The notes below the pieces were generated by a model, which saw nothing but the letters and a program-made list of their open reading frames with translations, made no database searches and was not told the DNA's origin. The translations under genes were made by a program, and so were the position numbers. A stretch of 63,885 bases of DNA, filler included, from Circinaria calcarea (Eukaryota), in NCBI GenBank assembly GCA_051942165.1. It is 42 parts of 42 records of this genome, joined end to end, with 100 filler letters (N's around TTAATTAATTAA, not from the genome) between each part and the next. Parts side by side here need not be neighbours in the genome. Positions count along the whole stretch, not along the records: positions 10,760 to 12,196 come from JAVECS010004729.1; positions 12,297 to 13,731 come from JAVECS010004730.1; positions 13,832 to 15,266 come from JAVECS010004731.1; positions 15,367 to 16,801 come from JAVECS010004732.1; positions 16,902 to 18,335 come from JAVECS010004733.1; positions 18,436 to 19,868 come from JAVECS010004734.1; positions 19,969 to 21,400 come from JAVECS010004735.1; positions 21,501 to 22,931 come from JAVECS010004736.1; 34 more parts are not named here. One strand, 5' to 3'. Position 1 is the first letter of the stretch, and each line of letters begins with the position of its first letter. Shown piece by piece: positions 10,760 to 25,086 of the stretch.

Positions 10760-11051
10760 ACAGGCCATTGCGCGAAGGGCGAGTTTAGCGGCCAGTCAGG
10801 GTCCGAAAGGGGATGCGTGGAGTGGGGTTCCGAGAAGGGGAGACGCATTGGGGAGGAGTGTGACTGGGTTTGGAAGCGTCAAAGAGGAAGATGAGGAGGA
10901 GGTTGGGAAAGACGGCAAAGGGGATGGAAGTATGGGTGCAGAGGGTAGGAAGAGGGCAGTCAGTGGCGTGGGGAGCGTTAAAGAAGATGATGACGAAGAT
11001 CGAGTTGACGCAAGGAACGCGGCTAGTCGGTTGGCGGCTAGCACTTTTTAA
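10760..11051 (+). CDS. C-terminal fragment of unknown protein
   Basis: Open from the contig edge to TAA, with an internal repeat SV(T/S)GxGSVKE(E/D)D. Confidence 0.5.
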
Positions 11052-12419
11052 GTTTCTGGTTAAGCGCCGGTTAGCAGGGTAGAGGCGATCAAAAAGGAAA
11101 GAGGATTGAGGCGGTGTATTTAAGAGGAGAGATATTTGTCTGCCATCCTGGAGCGAGTGGACGTGATGTTCATAAGTACTGTGGTTATCTGAGTCTGTTG
11201 TTCATAATGAAGGGAGGCAATTACCTTTGTTCTATCGTCTCTTCTCCATTGATTTCCCTCCACCCTCCAACTCCGAACCCCGACGACCTTCTTCCCAACA
11301 GCTCTCCATGTCGTGGTTTTCGAGTCACGGCTTGTAAGTGTTCCTGTTGGATTACAGAAGAGCTACTAGCATACAGTCTAGTCTGATGACTGTTTTGCAG
11401 CGGGTGATTCCTATAGAGACTCTGCCGGTATCCACCCCCGCTCCTCCTGTCAAAAGGTATGATTTATTACTGTGGGGTGGTTGGGTTCTATATACCGGGC
11501 GACCAGCCACCAGAATAATGACCCCAGCCACCATACAAATTACAGTACAAAACATGGTATCCTTGCTCAATATGGATCGTTATTGTCGAACGCTGACACT
11601 CTCCGCGCTGAGCGTAGGGCATGATGAGCAGTAAATGCTCTCGACTCCCTATTAACTTTTGACGAGATCAGAACATTATATCCGATTGAAATTTCTGAAA
11701 CATTACTGTCTGATGATAAAGACTAGGTTAGACAATCTTATTCGCTTACCACTTTAATGCATTGGAAACAGGAAGGAAAGGTAAAAGAGCTGTCAAAGGC
11801 CATCGGGAGCAATGGTGGGCTCACGGGAAAACTTTTCTTGGCGGGGTTGCCTTCAAAGCAAGCCTTGGTTGCTTGGCTGTCTGCTGGTTATCAGGCTGAG
11901 AATTGACTACCATTGACTTCATTTTTCGCCCCATCAATTGAAAGCTGTTCAAGCATTGTATACCGTCCGACTTGAAACTCGTCAGTGTTAAAGTCAGTGT
12001 TAAATAGAGAGCCAAGCATACCGTATGCTATGCAGAAGTTATGTACTGCCCGTATTAGTACGAGCGTGGGCTGCAGAGTTTTCCCCTTGGCTTCGCACTT
12101 TGCGAACCATACATCTTACATAGATGTTACACAATATATCGACTATTGCGTACACATTGAATACCGTATCGATGCATTGCTTAAGCCCCTCCCTGCNNNN
12201 NNNNNNNNNNNNNNNNNNNNNNNNNNNNNNNNNNNNNNNNTTAATTAATTAANNNNNNNNNNNNNNNNNNNNNNNNNNNNNNNNNNNNNNNNNNNNTATC
12301 TAACTAGCTACGCTGTGTGTGCGATATGTGTACTCGCCCACTACTACGCTATTCCCTATTGGGTGTTGCCTATAGCAACTCGCTAGTAAGGAGGAATGCA
12401 CCGTATTTTAACTATATTA

Positions 12420-13629
12420 AATTCTTATATAAAATTATAAAAAAAAATTTATTTATAAAAAGTTAAATTAGATATAACAAAAAAATAAGTGCCAAGAGAA
12501 ATTCCCAGTAACGTGACGAACTTCAAAACTCGATCCCGACAGCATTCGCACTTGCAGTTTCGATGCACTCACTAAAAATTAATGGTTTCCAGATAGTAGA
12601 GGCTCAAATTAAAGAACTTGATTCAGCGATTAATATAAGCCTCTATTTGCATGAATCCATCGAAAGGCGCAATAATTACGTCGCATTAAGTATAAAAGTA
12701 TGTATGGGAATAAGGCGGAAGGTGCTACGTTCGTTAAAATTTTAAGTGCCAAGAGACAGTCCCAGTCACGTGATAAACTTTAATTACTACCACCTGTTAT
12801 ACCGTAACGATATAGCTCCATGCGCCACCGACGGATTTTCGATATTAAAACGGTATTAAATAGAGCTGAATGCAGCGATAAAATAACCGTTTCAACTTCG
12901 CATTTTGAAGCGTTATTCGTAGAGTAATTCGATCTGGGGAATAGCATGCCTGGCAGCGCTGTAGTGGATTTCGCGAGTATACTTTCCGCCACGCATATCA
13001 TAGTTTTCGCAGTTGAATATGATTTTTTCTATAGTACCGAATTAAGCAAGTAGAACGGTATTTAAAAGCGCTCATTCAGCGCATTAATATGAGCTTCTAT
13101 ATACTAAATTCTGTTGAAAATTGATAAAGTAATTGAAGCCGGGGATTCCACGTAGTTTTCGCGTAGTATTCCCATGGTGGAAGCACGTATATTATGTTTT
13201 CCACCGTCATATTCGCAGTGAAATATGATTTTATTTCCTCTACCGATTTTATCAAATGAAGCGGCATTTAAAAGCGCTCATTCCGCGCATTAATATGAGC
13301 TTCTATGTACGCAATTCTATTGAAAATCGATGGAAAAATTGAAGGTGGGGATTCTACGTAGTTTTCGCGTAGTATTCCCAGGGTGGAAGCACGTATATTA
13401 TGTTTTCCACCGTTATGTTCGCAGTGAAATATGATTCCATTTCCTCTACCGAATTTAGCAAACAAAATGGCATTCGAAAGCGCCTATTCAGCACTACAAT
13501 CTGAGCTTCTATTATTAAAATTTCGTTGAAAATTGAAAGAGCAATTAAAGCTGGGGATTTTATGTAATACCACGCGGTAGCGAAGCCTACCTCCCGAACG
13601 AGCGCCAGCGAGAGAGGGAAACGCCTTGT
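12420..13629 (+). mobile_element. Possible non-autonomous Helitron-like element carrying the tandem repeats
   Basis: GC hairpin GGTAG-CGAAGC-CTACC (13576-13591) and GAGCGCCAGCGAG, then CTTG|T and an abrupt switch to AT-rich flank. The 5' end is uncertain. Confidence 0.4.
12850..13570. repeat. 206-bp tandem repeat, ~3.5 degenerate units
   Basis: ATTYRAAAGCGC anchor at 13060, 13266 and 13472. A separate AAGTGCCAAGAGA...CCCAGT repeat occurs at ~12487 and ~12744. Confidence 0.9.
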
Positions 13630-13831
13630 ATTTAATAAATATTTAAAAATTATTAATTACGATTCGGATAATAAAGAATTAATTTTACTATTTAAAAATA
13701 AATAAAATAAAATAATAAAATATTTAATATTNNNNNNNNNNNNNNNNNNNNNNNNNNNNNNNNNNNNNNNNNNNNTTAATTAATTAANNNNNNNNNNNNN
13801 NNNNNNNNNNNNNNNNNNNNNNNNNNNNNNN

Positions 13832-14201
13832 CAACGCGCCCCTGTTGGACGAAACGGAGCCCGGCGGGCCAATCGACAGCGATGAGGAAAAAGACGCCGT
13901 GATGGCTGCGGTGGCGAGGAGCTGGCCGCGCCCGGTGGCCCAGCATGTATTTCTGCCGGTGAGGAAGAAGTATGAGTATGTGCGGATGAAGGAGATGCTG
14001 AGCCAGGCGCTGGGCGGAGCGAGGGGCGGTGGGCTCTTTGCCGGTGGTGCCGCTGTTGCGGGAGGAGGAGGAGGAGGAGGCGGTGTTAATGGGACGGAGG
14101 AAGCGGAAAGGAAAACCTCGGTGGCGGGAGGGCCTGCGAGGAACGGAAGTTCGGGCGCAGGCCCCCCCAGTAGGAAGCTGTCGGTTGGGGGTCCTGGTTA
14201 A
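13832..14201 (+). CDS. C-terminal fragment of unknown fungal protein
   Basis: Open from the contig edge: IDSDEEKDAVMAAVARSWPRPVAQHVFLPVRKKYEY. GC-rich codon usage. Confidence 0.65.
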
Positions 14202-15366
14202 GGAAATTGCGGAATTCGGGGTTGGTTAATCTGCCGGGGTAGGAAATTTGGCTTTGGCTTTGGCTTTGGATTTGGACGTGGGTGTTCACTGGCTCGGTGA
14301 TTGCGCCTCCGGGGAAAAGGCATGGACGGACGGACGGACGGATGGATGGTGGATGGGAAAAATGGAAAATACCCCCGGCGTCAAGGGAGGAGGGTTTGCC
14401 CTGCTCTGCTTTCCTATGTATACCGCATTCCGCACACGCTACATTACCACGGCGGTGCACTTATTAATTTCCTAGCTCTTAGTTTCTTATCTAACCTCTA
14501 GCTTTAGCTCTCACTTTTATGAAAAATTATCAAAAAATTATCAAAAATCCAGGGCATCTTTTTCATCCTCCCCTTTTTTTTTCGCTCGCCCTTTTTCTGC
14601 CCTGCCCGTGAATATATATATATTTATATTATATGCACCCTGATCTTGGGATTTGCGATTGCCGTTTTCGATCGGGAAAAAGAGTAAAGCCGTTTTTGAA
14701 GGAGCACCGAGGGAGTAAAATATAATGTTATGGGGCAATGCAGGGGCGCAGCAGAATGGAGCCTGAACTAGCTACGTGATACTCGGCTATAGCTGCTCAC
14801 GTTAAATACAATACCGTCTGTTAGCCGGTCCAACCTTTGGCTGCCTAGAACCATCCAGGTTTTAAAGATACGTCTTTTGCTATCGGGACATCAACGGGAG
14901 GCTTATCGGTCCTAGCGGCGTTTATATTAGCGACTGCTCAAGTACCGTGGGACTGATAAAGAATAGGACTCGTCCAGAACCAAATCGACTTTCCGTGGCG
15001 AGCTCAGAAAATGAGTAATAAGACCAGAAACTCCTTGTTCGATGGTATCAGTCGGGCTCCCCCCCGGAAAGATTCTACTCAGCTGCGGATACGTCCAACG
15101 CTCGTTCTGGCTCGTCGGCAGAACCGGTCGTGTATCCCGAAGTTTCTCGCTCCAGAGACACCCACGGCTGATTCTCACGTACGGCCAGGACGAAAATCTC
15201 TCAGACTGCTTTGAATTCCCATGTGCTCTTCCGCAAGCGATATATTAGCAGACTACTGCATTGCTGNNNNNNNNNNNNNNNNNNNNNNNNNNNNNNNNNN
15301 NNNNNNNNNNTTAATTAATTAANNNNNNNNNNNNNNNNNNNNNNNNNNNNNNNNNNNNNNNNNNNN

Positions 15367-15610
15367 TGTCGACCTGATGCGAAATTGTGGAGCATTCAGT
15401 CCTGAAGAAGCAGAGGATTATCTTAACATGGGGGTACTCAATGGGCTTTTCGTGCTAGGGAGGAGTATCGGCTTGATCGCCCATTACTTGGACCAAAAGA
15501 GATTGAGGACCGGCCTTTACCGACATCCTTGGGACGATATTACCTATTTGCTACCCAACATTGCCCAAGGAGCGCCGGGCAACGAAGGGAGGGTTGAGGT
15601 CAGCTTGTAG
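15367..15610 (+). CDS. ACL1: ATP-citrate lyase subunit 1, C-terminus
   Basis: [37 protein letters not shown]. Confidence 0.95.
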
Positions 15611-16901
15611 GATGTTTGTAAAGATGCTCTGCAGGTGCTTTGGGATGTGCTTTTCGGAGAGGTAATCACGACGAGGGTAAGCAATGCGGAGCTAATAAAA
15701 GGTCCCATGGCGGTGTTATGCTAGATAGCTTTGTTGCTTTAGCTGGAGTAAATCAGCAAGTAGCTGGTATTAAACAACCATAGAGGTTGTTCTCCTTCGC
15801 CGTCTTGTCACTCCTGATCTATTCTTAAGATTCAACTGTCTACTGCAACCCAAGTTAGTGTGTTCGCCTAAGGTGTAGCTTCGCTTCCCTATTCGGCAAC
15901 GATGGCATAAAGAGACACCTCACCAGTCAGGTTCTTGCAAGAGCACATTCAAAACCAGTGCTACTGTTTTCCATATCCCTGGCCGGTGTCAATCTTTCCC
16001 CCCTACGGTATTGCTTGCGTACCCAACGCAGCCCGGCTGTCTCCAAGGACTAATGTTTGGAGGACTATCTTCGATCATCCTACTTTGATATCAGGCTCTG
16101 TATTGGCGTGAACACATTTTTCCTTTGGTTGACTCCTCGTCTCCGTTGACGTTTTCCAGACTTGCTTACCTTTTTCTTGAGTGTGAGCTCGTTAACTTCT
16201 TTTTCGGGGATCTTTTTGGTCCGGGGATATAGAATGAATGGCCTTGAGGCGACGCACTACAGCTTTGATCTACTGGCTTCTTATATCATTTGCATCATCC
16301 TCCAACCTTTTTCTCCTTTTTCCGTTGTTCCTTTCCATCGTTTATACGATCGGGACCTAAAAAAAAGGGGGGGGGGGGAATGTCTATCCTATCCATCCTA
16401 GAGGAAATCAACTACCGGGTTGTTTTATACCATAAAATTGGTTGGAGCTTCCAAAAGAGGAGTTCTACCCTCTAGTCTTCCTGGATACGGTATATGGAAA
16501 GCCCTTCATGCTCCTCATAGGCTCATAGCCGTATTTTCATTCTTTCTTGCCTCCCCCTCCCGCTTCCGAAATCTTACGTTGATGCTCTCCTTCCAAGCGG
16601 TTCGAGACTCTTTTCCGAAACTAGGCTTACGAAGGCTTCCAAACACAAATATTACTAGAACGATCGAGCCAAGGAAAGGAAAAGTAAAAGGAAATGAAAG
16701 ACCCGCCTATTTTTGTTTCCGTGTTTAGGGAATGTTGCTTTGGAGGGTGTGAGCAGGATGCAGATGACATAGTGATCCCCCCCCCCCCCCCCCTCGAGTA
16801 ANNNNNNNNNNNNNNNNNNNNNNNNNNNNNNNNNNNNNNNNNNNNTTAATTAATTAANNNNNNNNNNNNNNNNNNNNNNNNNNNNNNNNNNNNNNNNNNN
16901 N

Positions 16902-18335
<1,434 letters not shown>

Positions 18336-18435
18336 NNNNNNNNNNNNNNNNNNNNNNNNNNNNNNNNNNNNNNNNNNNNTTAATTAATTAANNNNNNNNN
18401 NNNNNNNNNNNNNNNNNNNNNNNNNNNNNNNNNNN

Positions 18436-18837
18436 CACAGTACCTCCGAGCTGCTCTCCCTCTTCCACATCTTCTCGCAGCCCGCCTCCTACCCTATCCT
18501 CATTCATTGCACGCAAGGCAAAGACCGCACGGGCGTCGTCGTGATTCTCCTTCTCTTGCTCTGCGAAGTACCGGTAGCAGCCATCGCCAGCGATTATCTA
18601 GCGAGTGAGAGGGAATTGCAGCGGGAACGGGGGGAGAGGTTGGAAGAGATCAGGGCGATTGGACTGACGGATGAGTTTGCAGGGTGCCAGGAAGGATTCG
18701 TGGAGGGAATTGCGGAGTTTTTACAAGAGGAGAGTGGAGGGGTAGAGGGGTATCTGGAGAAAATCGGTGTGGAGAGGGAAGAAAGAGAGGAGGTGAGAAG
18801 GTATTTGATGGTTGGCGGGGATAATGGGACGATATAG
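18436..18837 (+). CDS. Tyrosine/dual-specificity phosphatase (Y_phosphatase3-like), C-terminal part
   Basis: PILIHCTQGKDRTG CX5R loop, then IASDYLASE. Confidence 0.88.
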   Translation, partial: HSTSELLSLFHIFSQPASYPILIHCTQGKDRTGVVVILLLLLCEVPVAAIASDYLASERELQRERGERLEEIRAIGLTDEFAGCQEGFVEGIAEFLQEESGGVEGYLEKIGVEREEREEVRRYLMVGGDNGTI

Positions 18838-19380
18838 GAGGGAACGCTGCAGAGGGAGGACTTGCCGTTCGCACAAACACATCCCCTGCAGTTTTATCAT
18901 TCTACAGATTCCCACCATATCACCATCCTGGCTAGCAGAAACTCCTCCAATGCCTGTGCCAACGCTAGGTGACTCAAGTCCCGTAACGGCCCAAGAAAAC
19001 CCTAATCTAGCCCTCAGTCCTCCATCATCGAAAGTTCGAGCCAAAGTTCTAGACACATGATACCTGTCGGGCGGCCGGTCTATTGGGCAGGTATACATAT
19101 ATGACAACCCCCTCTCAGGAATGTGGTAGAATTTGCACTCTGGTTGTTTGTTTGATAAATGAAATTATCATAAATCTTCTTCATACCGACCACCTGCGCT
19201 CTGGCTTTTTCTTTCCGGGAAGACCGTGTCCATAAGGGTTGGAATAGGGGCATACGGCCTTACGAGGTCAGCGCGTTTCACTCCGCCATATCAATATGTA
19301 ATAGGCAAATGCTCACTCCCGGGGCGTTGGCTACCTTTTATGATTTACATTTTTCCCCGAACCAGGGTTGCAAGAAACCC

Positions 19381-19868
19381 TTATTCTACGCGACACCCGC
19401 TCGTTCCCTCGCCTTGATATAGGTAGGTAACCTGCCCTCTGCCTGTTTGCTTGCCGCCCGCTCCCCAAGCCTCCTTTTCCTCCCTCAGCTGCCCCTGCAC
19501 GTACCGAATCGTGCCGACGGCCCAAACCGCAGCCCAGAGGAAGGGGATCGTCCAGCCTATGTCCACCCCCTATCAGTAAAAGCCTCTAGCAGACCTCAGA
19601 AGAAAAGACATCAAATCCTACCAACCCCAAATGTCACCATCTCGTTCACACCTCCCGCGAGACAAACCCCGACCATCACTCCACCTATCAGGATCCCCCC
19701 CACCGCCCAAACCGCATTCACAACGCTCAACATCCTCCTGAACCTCTCGCTAGCCTCGTACCGCTCATTGAGCTTCTCACGATACTTTCGCCCCGCGCCC
19801 GCGTCGAGGGCAATCACGTCTTCGATGATGACGTAGATTCCGGGGCGAATGGGGACGCCGCGGGGGAG
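19381..19868 (-). CDS. Conserved fungal membrane protein, C-terminal exons
   Basis: RPGIYVIIEDVIALDAGAGRKYREKLNERYEASERFRRML...|GWTIPFLWAAVWA. Confidence 0.75.
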
Positions 19869-19968
19869 NNNNNNNNNNNNNNNNNNNNNNNNNNNNNNNN
19901 NNNNNNNNNNNNTTAATTAATTAANNNNNNNNNNNNNNNNNNNNNNNNNNNNNNNNNNNNNNNNNNNN

Positions 19969-20549
19969 CGCCTTGGATGGGTGAGCTTTCTCCTTCCTTT
20001 CCGCCTGTGACTCGATTCTCCAAATAACCTTTCTCTCCAAAATACTAATCACCGTGTCTTGTAAATAGGTCTCTACGCCGGCTCTAAATGCGCCGTGACA
20101 ATGATTTCCGATACCCTCGGCCTCGAACTAGCCCCTTTCCACGTCAAGGTCCTAACGGTATTGACTGGCGCTGTCAAAACAAACGGCCTTAATACAACCA
20201 GCAAATCCTTTTCTCTCCCTCAAGACTCCCTCTATAAAGAAATCGAAGAAACCATTGCCGCGAGAGCGAGAGGCGAAGATGGTACGCCAAGGATGGATCC
20301 GAGTGTTTACGCGGAAAGCGTGGTAAGTGATGTTTTAAAGGGTAAGAGTGGACAAATTTGGAAAGGGGCCTACGCCGGGTTCGCCAAGATTATGAGAGAT
20401 TGGTTCCCCACATCATTGACTGTAAGTCTTCTTTCCTTTTGGGCCTTTGGTTACACTCTGAAAAGCTTTGTTTTTGGGCTCATGTTTATTGCTTTTTCTA
20501 GGATTCCTTATCTCAGAAAGGAACAGGCTTGGATACCTGGAAGAAATGA
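19969..20549 (+). CDS. Short-chain dehydrogenase (AYR1-like), 3' part
   Basis: LYAGSKCA (YxxxK), SDTLGLELAPFHVKVLTVLTGAVKT. Two introns. Confidence 0.85.
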
Positions 20550-20983
20550 ATAAGGTTTTTAGATTCGGCGGGAAGATTACATTCGAAATGGATTTCGAAT
20601 ATAGGAAAAGGGCAGGACAGAGTTTTCTATGCATCCGGCGCATAATCTGATCCTTTGACGATAATATCGATGCTATTGGTAAAGCAGGACTGCGAGTGAA
20701 TAAAAGGAGAGAAGAAGTTACTCTGCTCGTCGAAAGGGAGAGAGGGGGAAAAAATGGATAGTTATTACTTATTCCCCCAAAATCAACAAAAAGAAGAAAA
20801 CGTCACTAGTCTTTAATTCCATTGCAGATTGTTTTCATCGATTTTTCTTTATGCTATCATATCTATAAGCTAAATAGATAAGACTTGCTGGGAAGAACGC
20901 CGTATTAAAATCTCCCCTTTTTCCTCGAAACGGGTATCACATTTCTTAAGGAAGAAAAGGGGCAGGGGGGAAACGAAGGGAAA

Positions 20984-21400
20984 TCAAGCGACGCCGCTTC
21001 CGCTAACCGGTACACTACAGCTGTCCTGCTCCAACCGATACCGAAGGTGGATCCCCCCCGCACTTTCTCGACTCTCTTCTATCTCGGCGTCCTCCAAACT
21101 GTCGGTCTCGGAAGTGCGGATATATGTGCGCGTGCCGGCCACGGGAGCCATCTCCATCATTCCTCGCTTCTGCGCCATCACGGTCGAGGAGTCTGTGCGG
21201 GCGTCGGGCGCCGACGACGTCAGCGCGGCGTCTTCGGATGCGGAGGACTTGTGGTAGAACTTGTGGGAGTGTGGATGGGAAGAGGTGGAAGACGGGCTGG
21301 ACGATTTGCCGCCGGATGGGCCACCGCGGTAACCGGACTTTCCGCCGCGAGACGAAAGGGAGAAGATGGAGGTGAGTTTGGTGCCGAGCCAGGAGAGGGA
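20984..21400 (-). CDS. Ser-rich cytoplasmic C-tail, possibly of a PTH11-like integral membrane protein
   Basis: Open frame from the contig edge ending ...GGIHLRYRLEQDS. The family assignment is weak. Confidence 0.45.
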   Translation of the reverse strand, partial: SLSWLGTKLTSIFSLSSRGGKSGYRGGPSGGKSSSPSSTSSHPHSHKFYHKSSASEDAALTSSAPDARTDSSTVMAQKRGMMEMAPVAGTRTYIRTSETDSLEDAEIEESRESAGGIHLRYRLEQDSCSVPVSGSGVA

Positions 21401-22092
21401 NNNNNNNNNNNNNNNNNNNNNNNNNNNNNNNNNNNNNNNNNNNNTTAATTAATTAANNNNNNNNNNNNNNNNNNNNNNNNNNNNNNNNNNNNNNNNNNNN
21501 CTTAGGATCTACTATTGAGAAAGAATGCACGCTAGCGTGACAAAGAGAGGTGGACAATAAGGCCGCATATCGAAGACAATAGCGAAGTCGCTTCACCCGC
21601 CCAAGATTCGGCGCCCAAGGCTCACAGTCGTCTTCCGATTACTTACCAAGGGTTTAAAATATCATTCATACACCCTGCAGTCCTGTATGTGCAATCACTC
21701 TGACAGAAAAGTACGAGACTAGGTCTGAGACGTGACTGGTCCCTGATAATAGCTGATATCGCAGTTGAAACAGCACTGCGACTCCGAAAGCCAAGCCTAC
21801 CAGCGAAATCTCTACTTTGAAAAAGCTCCGCAGAACACTGGAATTGGGTAACACACTCATACCTCACCTAAGCGATCTCAGTTGGAGAAGTTGTAGGTTG
21901 CAGAGTTGCACAACAGAATTAGACGTGACTCCCTTTCCACCATCTGTCAATAAAAGAGAGCTCAGTACACGGGAATACATGTGTACGTATCTCCATAGTC
22001 TAGCTTGTTATCAGGATAGGGACTACGAACTCGTGTGTGGTTGAATGAGCTTCAAGCACGATGCTGACTGAACGTGTTGTACAGCGCTCAAG

Positions 22093-22931
22093 ATGTGTCT
22101 CCGACTTCCCAAGCTCGGAGGTAACCCACTCTCTCGAACTACTAGCGAAGAGAACAGAAAAAACGCCGAGATAGATAGACTGATCAGGAAGGACAAGAAG
22201 CTGGCAGCCAAGAACATTAAGATTCTGTTACTAGGTCTGTTCGACTTCCATACTCTATCTGCACGAATTCTCGGTAGCTTTACATGTACAAAATGCTAAC
22301 CAACGGCGATGCCGAACAGGTGCTGGAGAATCTGGAAAATCCACTATCCTAAAACAGATGCGACTCATATACACTGACGGTTTCCCCGTGCACGAACGGA
22401 AAGAAGTTCGTCAGGTCATCTTCTCAAACATGGTCGTTGCCTTTAAAATAATCGCAGAAGAGATGCGCGACTTGGGTATGGATTATGTGAATAGGGAAAC
22501 CGAAGTATGTCAGTCGCAATTGTTATGGTGTTCATTTTGCACTAACGTCAGGTAGAAATTCGAGGCAGTGCTTCTTACTGCTGAAGACCTTGGAATCAAT
22601 GATCCATTTCCTATCGAATGCCTTGCTGCTATGAAGGGACTATGGGCGGATGACTCCGTCCAACAGACCATTAAACGCGGTAACGAATACGCTTTACATG
22701 ATAATATCCAGTAGTGAGTTTCCTATCGATGATGTCTGTTCAAAAGCAGGGCTAACTTACCAAAAGTTATTATGCGCACATCGACCGCCTGTTCGCCCGA
22801 GATTACCTTCCTGACGACCAAGACGTCCTTCGCTCACGTCTCCGAACGACAGGCATAACCGAGACATTGTTCGAGCTTGGCCAACTCAACTACCACATGT
22901 TCGACGTAGGCGGCCAACGCTCGGAGCGTAA
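22093..22931 (+). CDS. Heterotrimeric G-protein alpha subunit, class II (GNA-2/MagC-like), 5' part
   Basis: [59 protein letters not shown]. Met-Cys N-terminus without a myristoylation Gly. Three introns. Confidence 0.93.
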
Positions 22932-23567
22932 NNNNNNNNNNNNNNNNNNNNNNNNNNNNNNNNNNNNNNNNNNNNTTAATTAATTAANNNNNNNNNNNNN
23001 NNNNNNNNNNNNNNNNNNNNNNNNNNNNNNNCCCCTACCCCCCTAATGCCCCTGTCAAGCAGATCTGTGGTGGGTCGCTAAATCGGGGATAATCGGTATT
23101 CCAAATCCGAATCTCCGATGGTCGCAAACTGACCACGAACACCCCTTTTGCTCAGCGATAACTGCTACACACTACTTACTTTATATAAATGATACAGCAC
23201 ATACAGAGCACGCAGCTCATGCACATCACACGCAAAGTATTCCATCCATTGTTTTATGCTGCTATTGACCTGGTTGTTTAACATGATGCACTTTCGGCCT
23301 GTGGAAGGATCGAAAATCGCGCTGTGCTTGCATGCTGACAGGGGTCGTAAATCCAGGCGTTGTTCGGCCTTGTTATTGGGTGCTCACCACCGCTTGGCTA
23401 TCATGAGCTCTCTACTGCAGGGCCACAAGGCTTCCTGCGCGGCTGAGAGGATGGGTGGGAAGAGAGATAATCTAACTTTCGCAACCTTTTCTATAGCTAG
23501 TTATACTCTCAATGTTGCTTTGCGAATATCTTTGTCTCTGAAGCTGTGACCACCGGCTTTCATTACG

Positions 23568-24461
23568 ATGGGCCCTGATGATTACACTGTTGGCTGGATT
23601 TGCGCGGTTGATCCGGAATACGTTGCAGCCATAGCACTCCTTGACGAGGAGCACGATCCAGTTGATGGTTCACAAAATGACAATAATACCTACACACTAG
23701 GCAGGATTGGAAAACACAACGTTGCCATCACCCTCCTACCGGACGGAGAATATGGTACGGACAGTGCTGCAAGTGCTGCAAGAGACATGGTTCACAGCTT
23801 CCCAAACATCAGGCTCGGTCTGATGGTCGGGGTTGGCGGCGGCGCCCCAAGCACAGAACATGATATTCGTCTTGGTGATATCGTGGTGAGCTCACCTGGT
23901 GGCGATAAAGGTGGTGTATTACAATACGATTTTGGCAAAACAATTCAAGAACAAAGCTTCCGACAAACAAGGTTTTTGAACCAGCCTCCGACTGCTCTAC
24001 GGGCAGCAGTCGGTGGACTCAGGGTCCACTATCAACTAAACGGGCATCCACTTGACCAGATGATCAACAATGTTCTCACCAAGAGGACGCGGCTTCGTAA
24101 AGATTACGCGCGACCACATCCTGATAGCGATACCCTATATCGACCACAGTTTGTCCATCCTGAATCAGAAGGAATCTGCATTGAGGCCTGCGGCAAGGAT
24201 CCAGCAAGACTGATCATCCGTGGGAAACGGAGAGAGGATGAAGATAACCCAGCAATTCACTACGGCTTGATTGCGTCGGGGAACACACTGATGAAGGACG
24301 CTTTGATAAGGGACCGCCTCGTGAAAGAGCGGAAAGTTTTGTGCTTCGAAATGGAAGCTGCTGGGTTGATGAATCACTTTCCATGTTTAGTGATCCGTGG
24401 AATCTGTGACTATTCGGATTCTCACAAGAACAAAGAATGGCAGGGATATGCTGCGATGGTG
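23568..24461 (+). CDS. PNP_UDP (Pfs) domain protein, likely the N-terminal effector of a fungal NLR
   Basis: [67 protein letters not shown]. Confidence 0.9.
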
Positions 24462-24561
24462 NNNNNNNNNNNNNNNNNNNNNNNNNNNNNNNNNNNNNNN
24501 NNNNNTTAATTAATTAANNNNNNNNNNNNNNNNNNNNNNNNNNNNNNNNNNNNNNNNNNNN

Positions 24562-25086
24562 CCCGTGCCTGGGGGGAATGGCGCACGGGCCTTGCGGAGA
24601 GGAGTTCCGAGCGGCATTCAGCTGTTTTGTGTACAGCAAGGAGGAACCGAAGGGGATGGATTGTATTGAGAAGTTCAAGTATGTATCTTCTTCCTGTCTA
24701 ACTGAGGAAAAAGGGGAGAGCCGGGACATGGAAGAGAAAAATCTAACTCGTCCGCGTCTTTTTCTAGGGGCATGCAAGACTGCTTCCGCCAGCACCCGGA
24801 CGTCTACGGCGCAGAACTGGAAGACGACGACAGTTCGCCCGACGAGGATCGGGATCAACCACACCCCGAAGCTCCCGAAACCCTGGAAACCACGCCAGCA
24901 TTACCATCCCCCTCCCAACCCAACTCCGTCTCCAATCCCACCCCGACCGACGACCCCGCCGCGCAAACCGCACGGGCAAAAGCAGCTACGGCGCAAGTCT
25001 CAAGCGACCACGGTGCTCAGAGCGAGAGTGACGAGTTAGTCCCCAAGGCCGCGCACGATGCGGGTCCGTCGAGAGGGGAGAAGTGA
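24562..25086 (+). CDS. MIA40: Mitochondrial IMS import oxidoreductase MIA40, C-terminal part (intron 24679-24767)
   Basis: [52 protein letters not shown], twin CX9C. Confidence 0.95.

Noticed and set aside
14927..15266. Minus-strand open frame
   Set aside because: Could be an exon, but there is no family signal to support a call.
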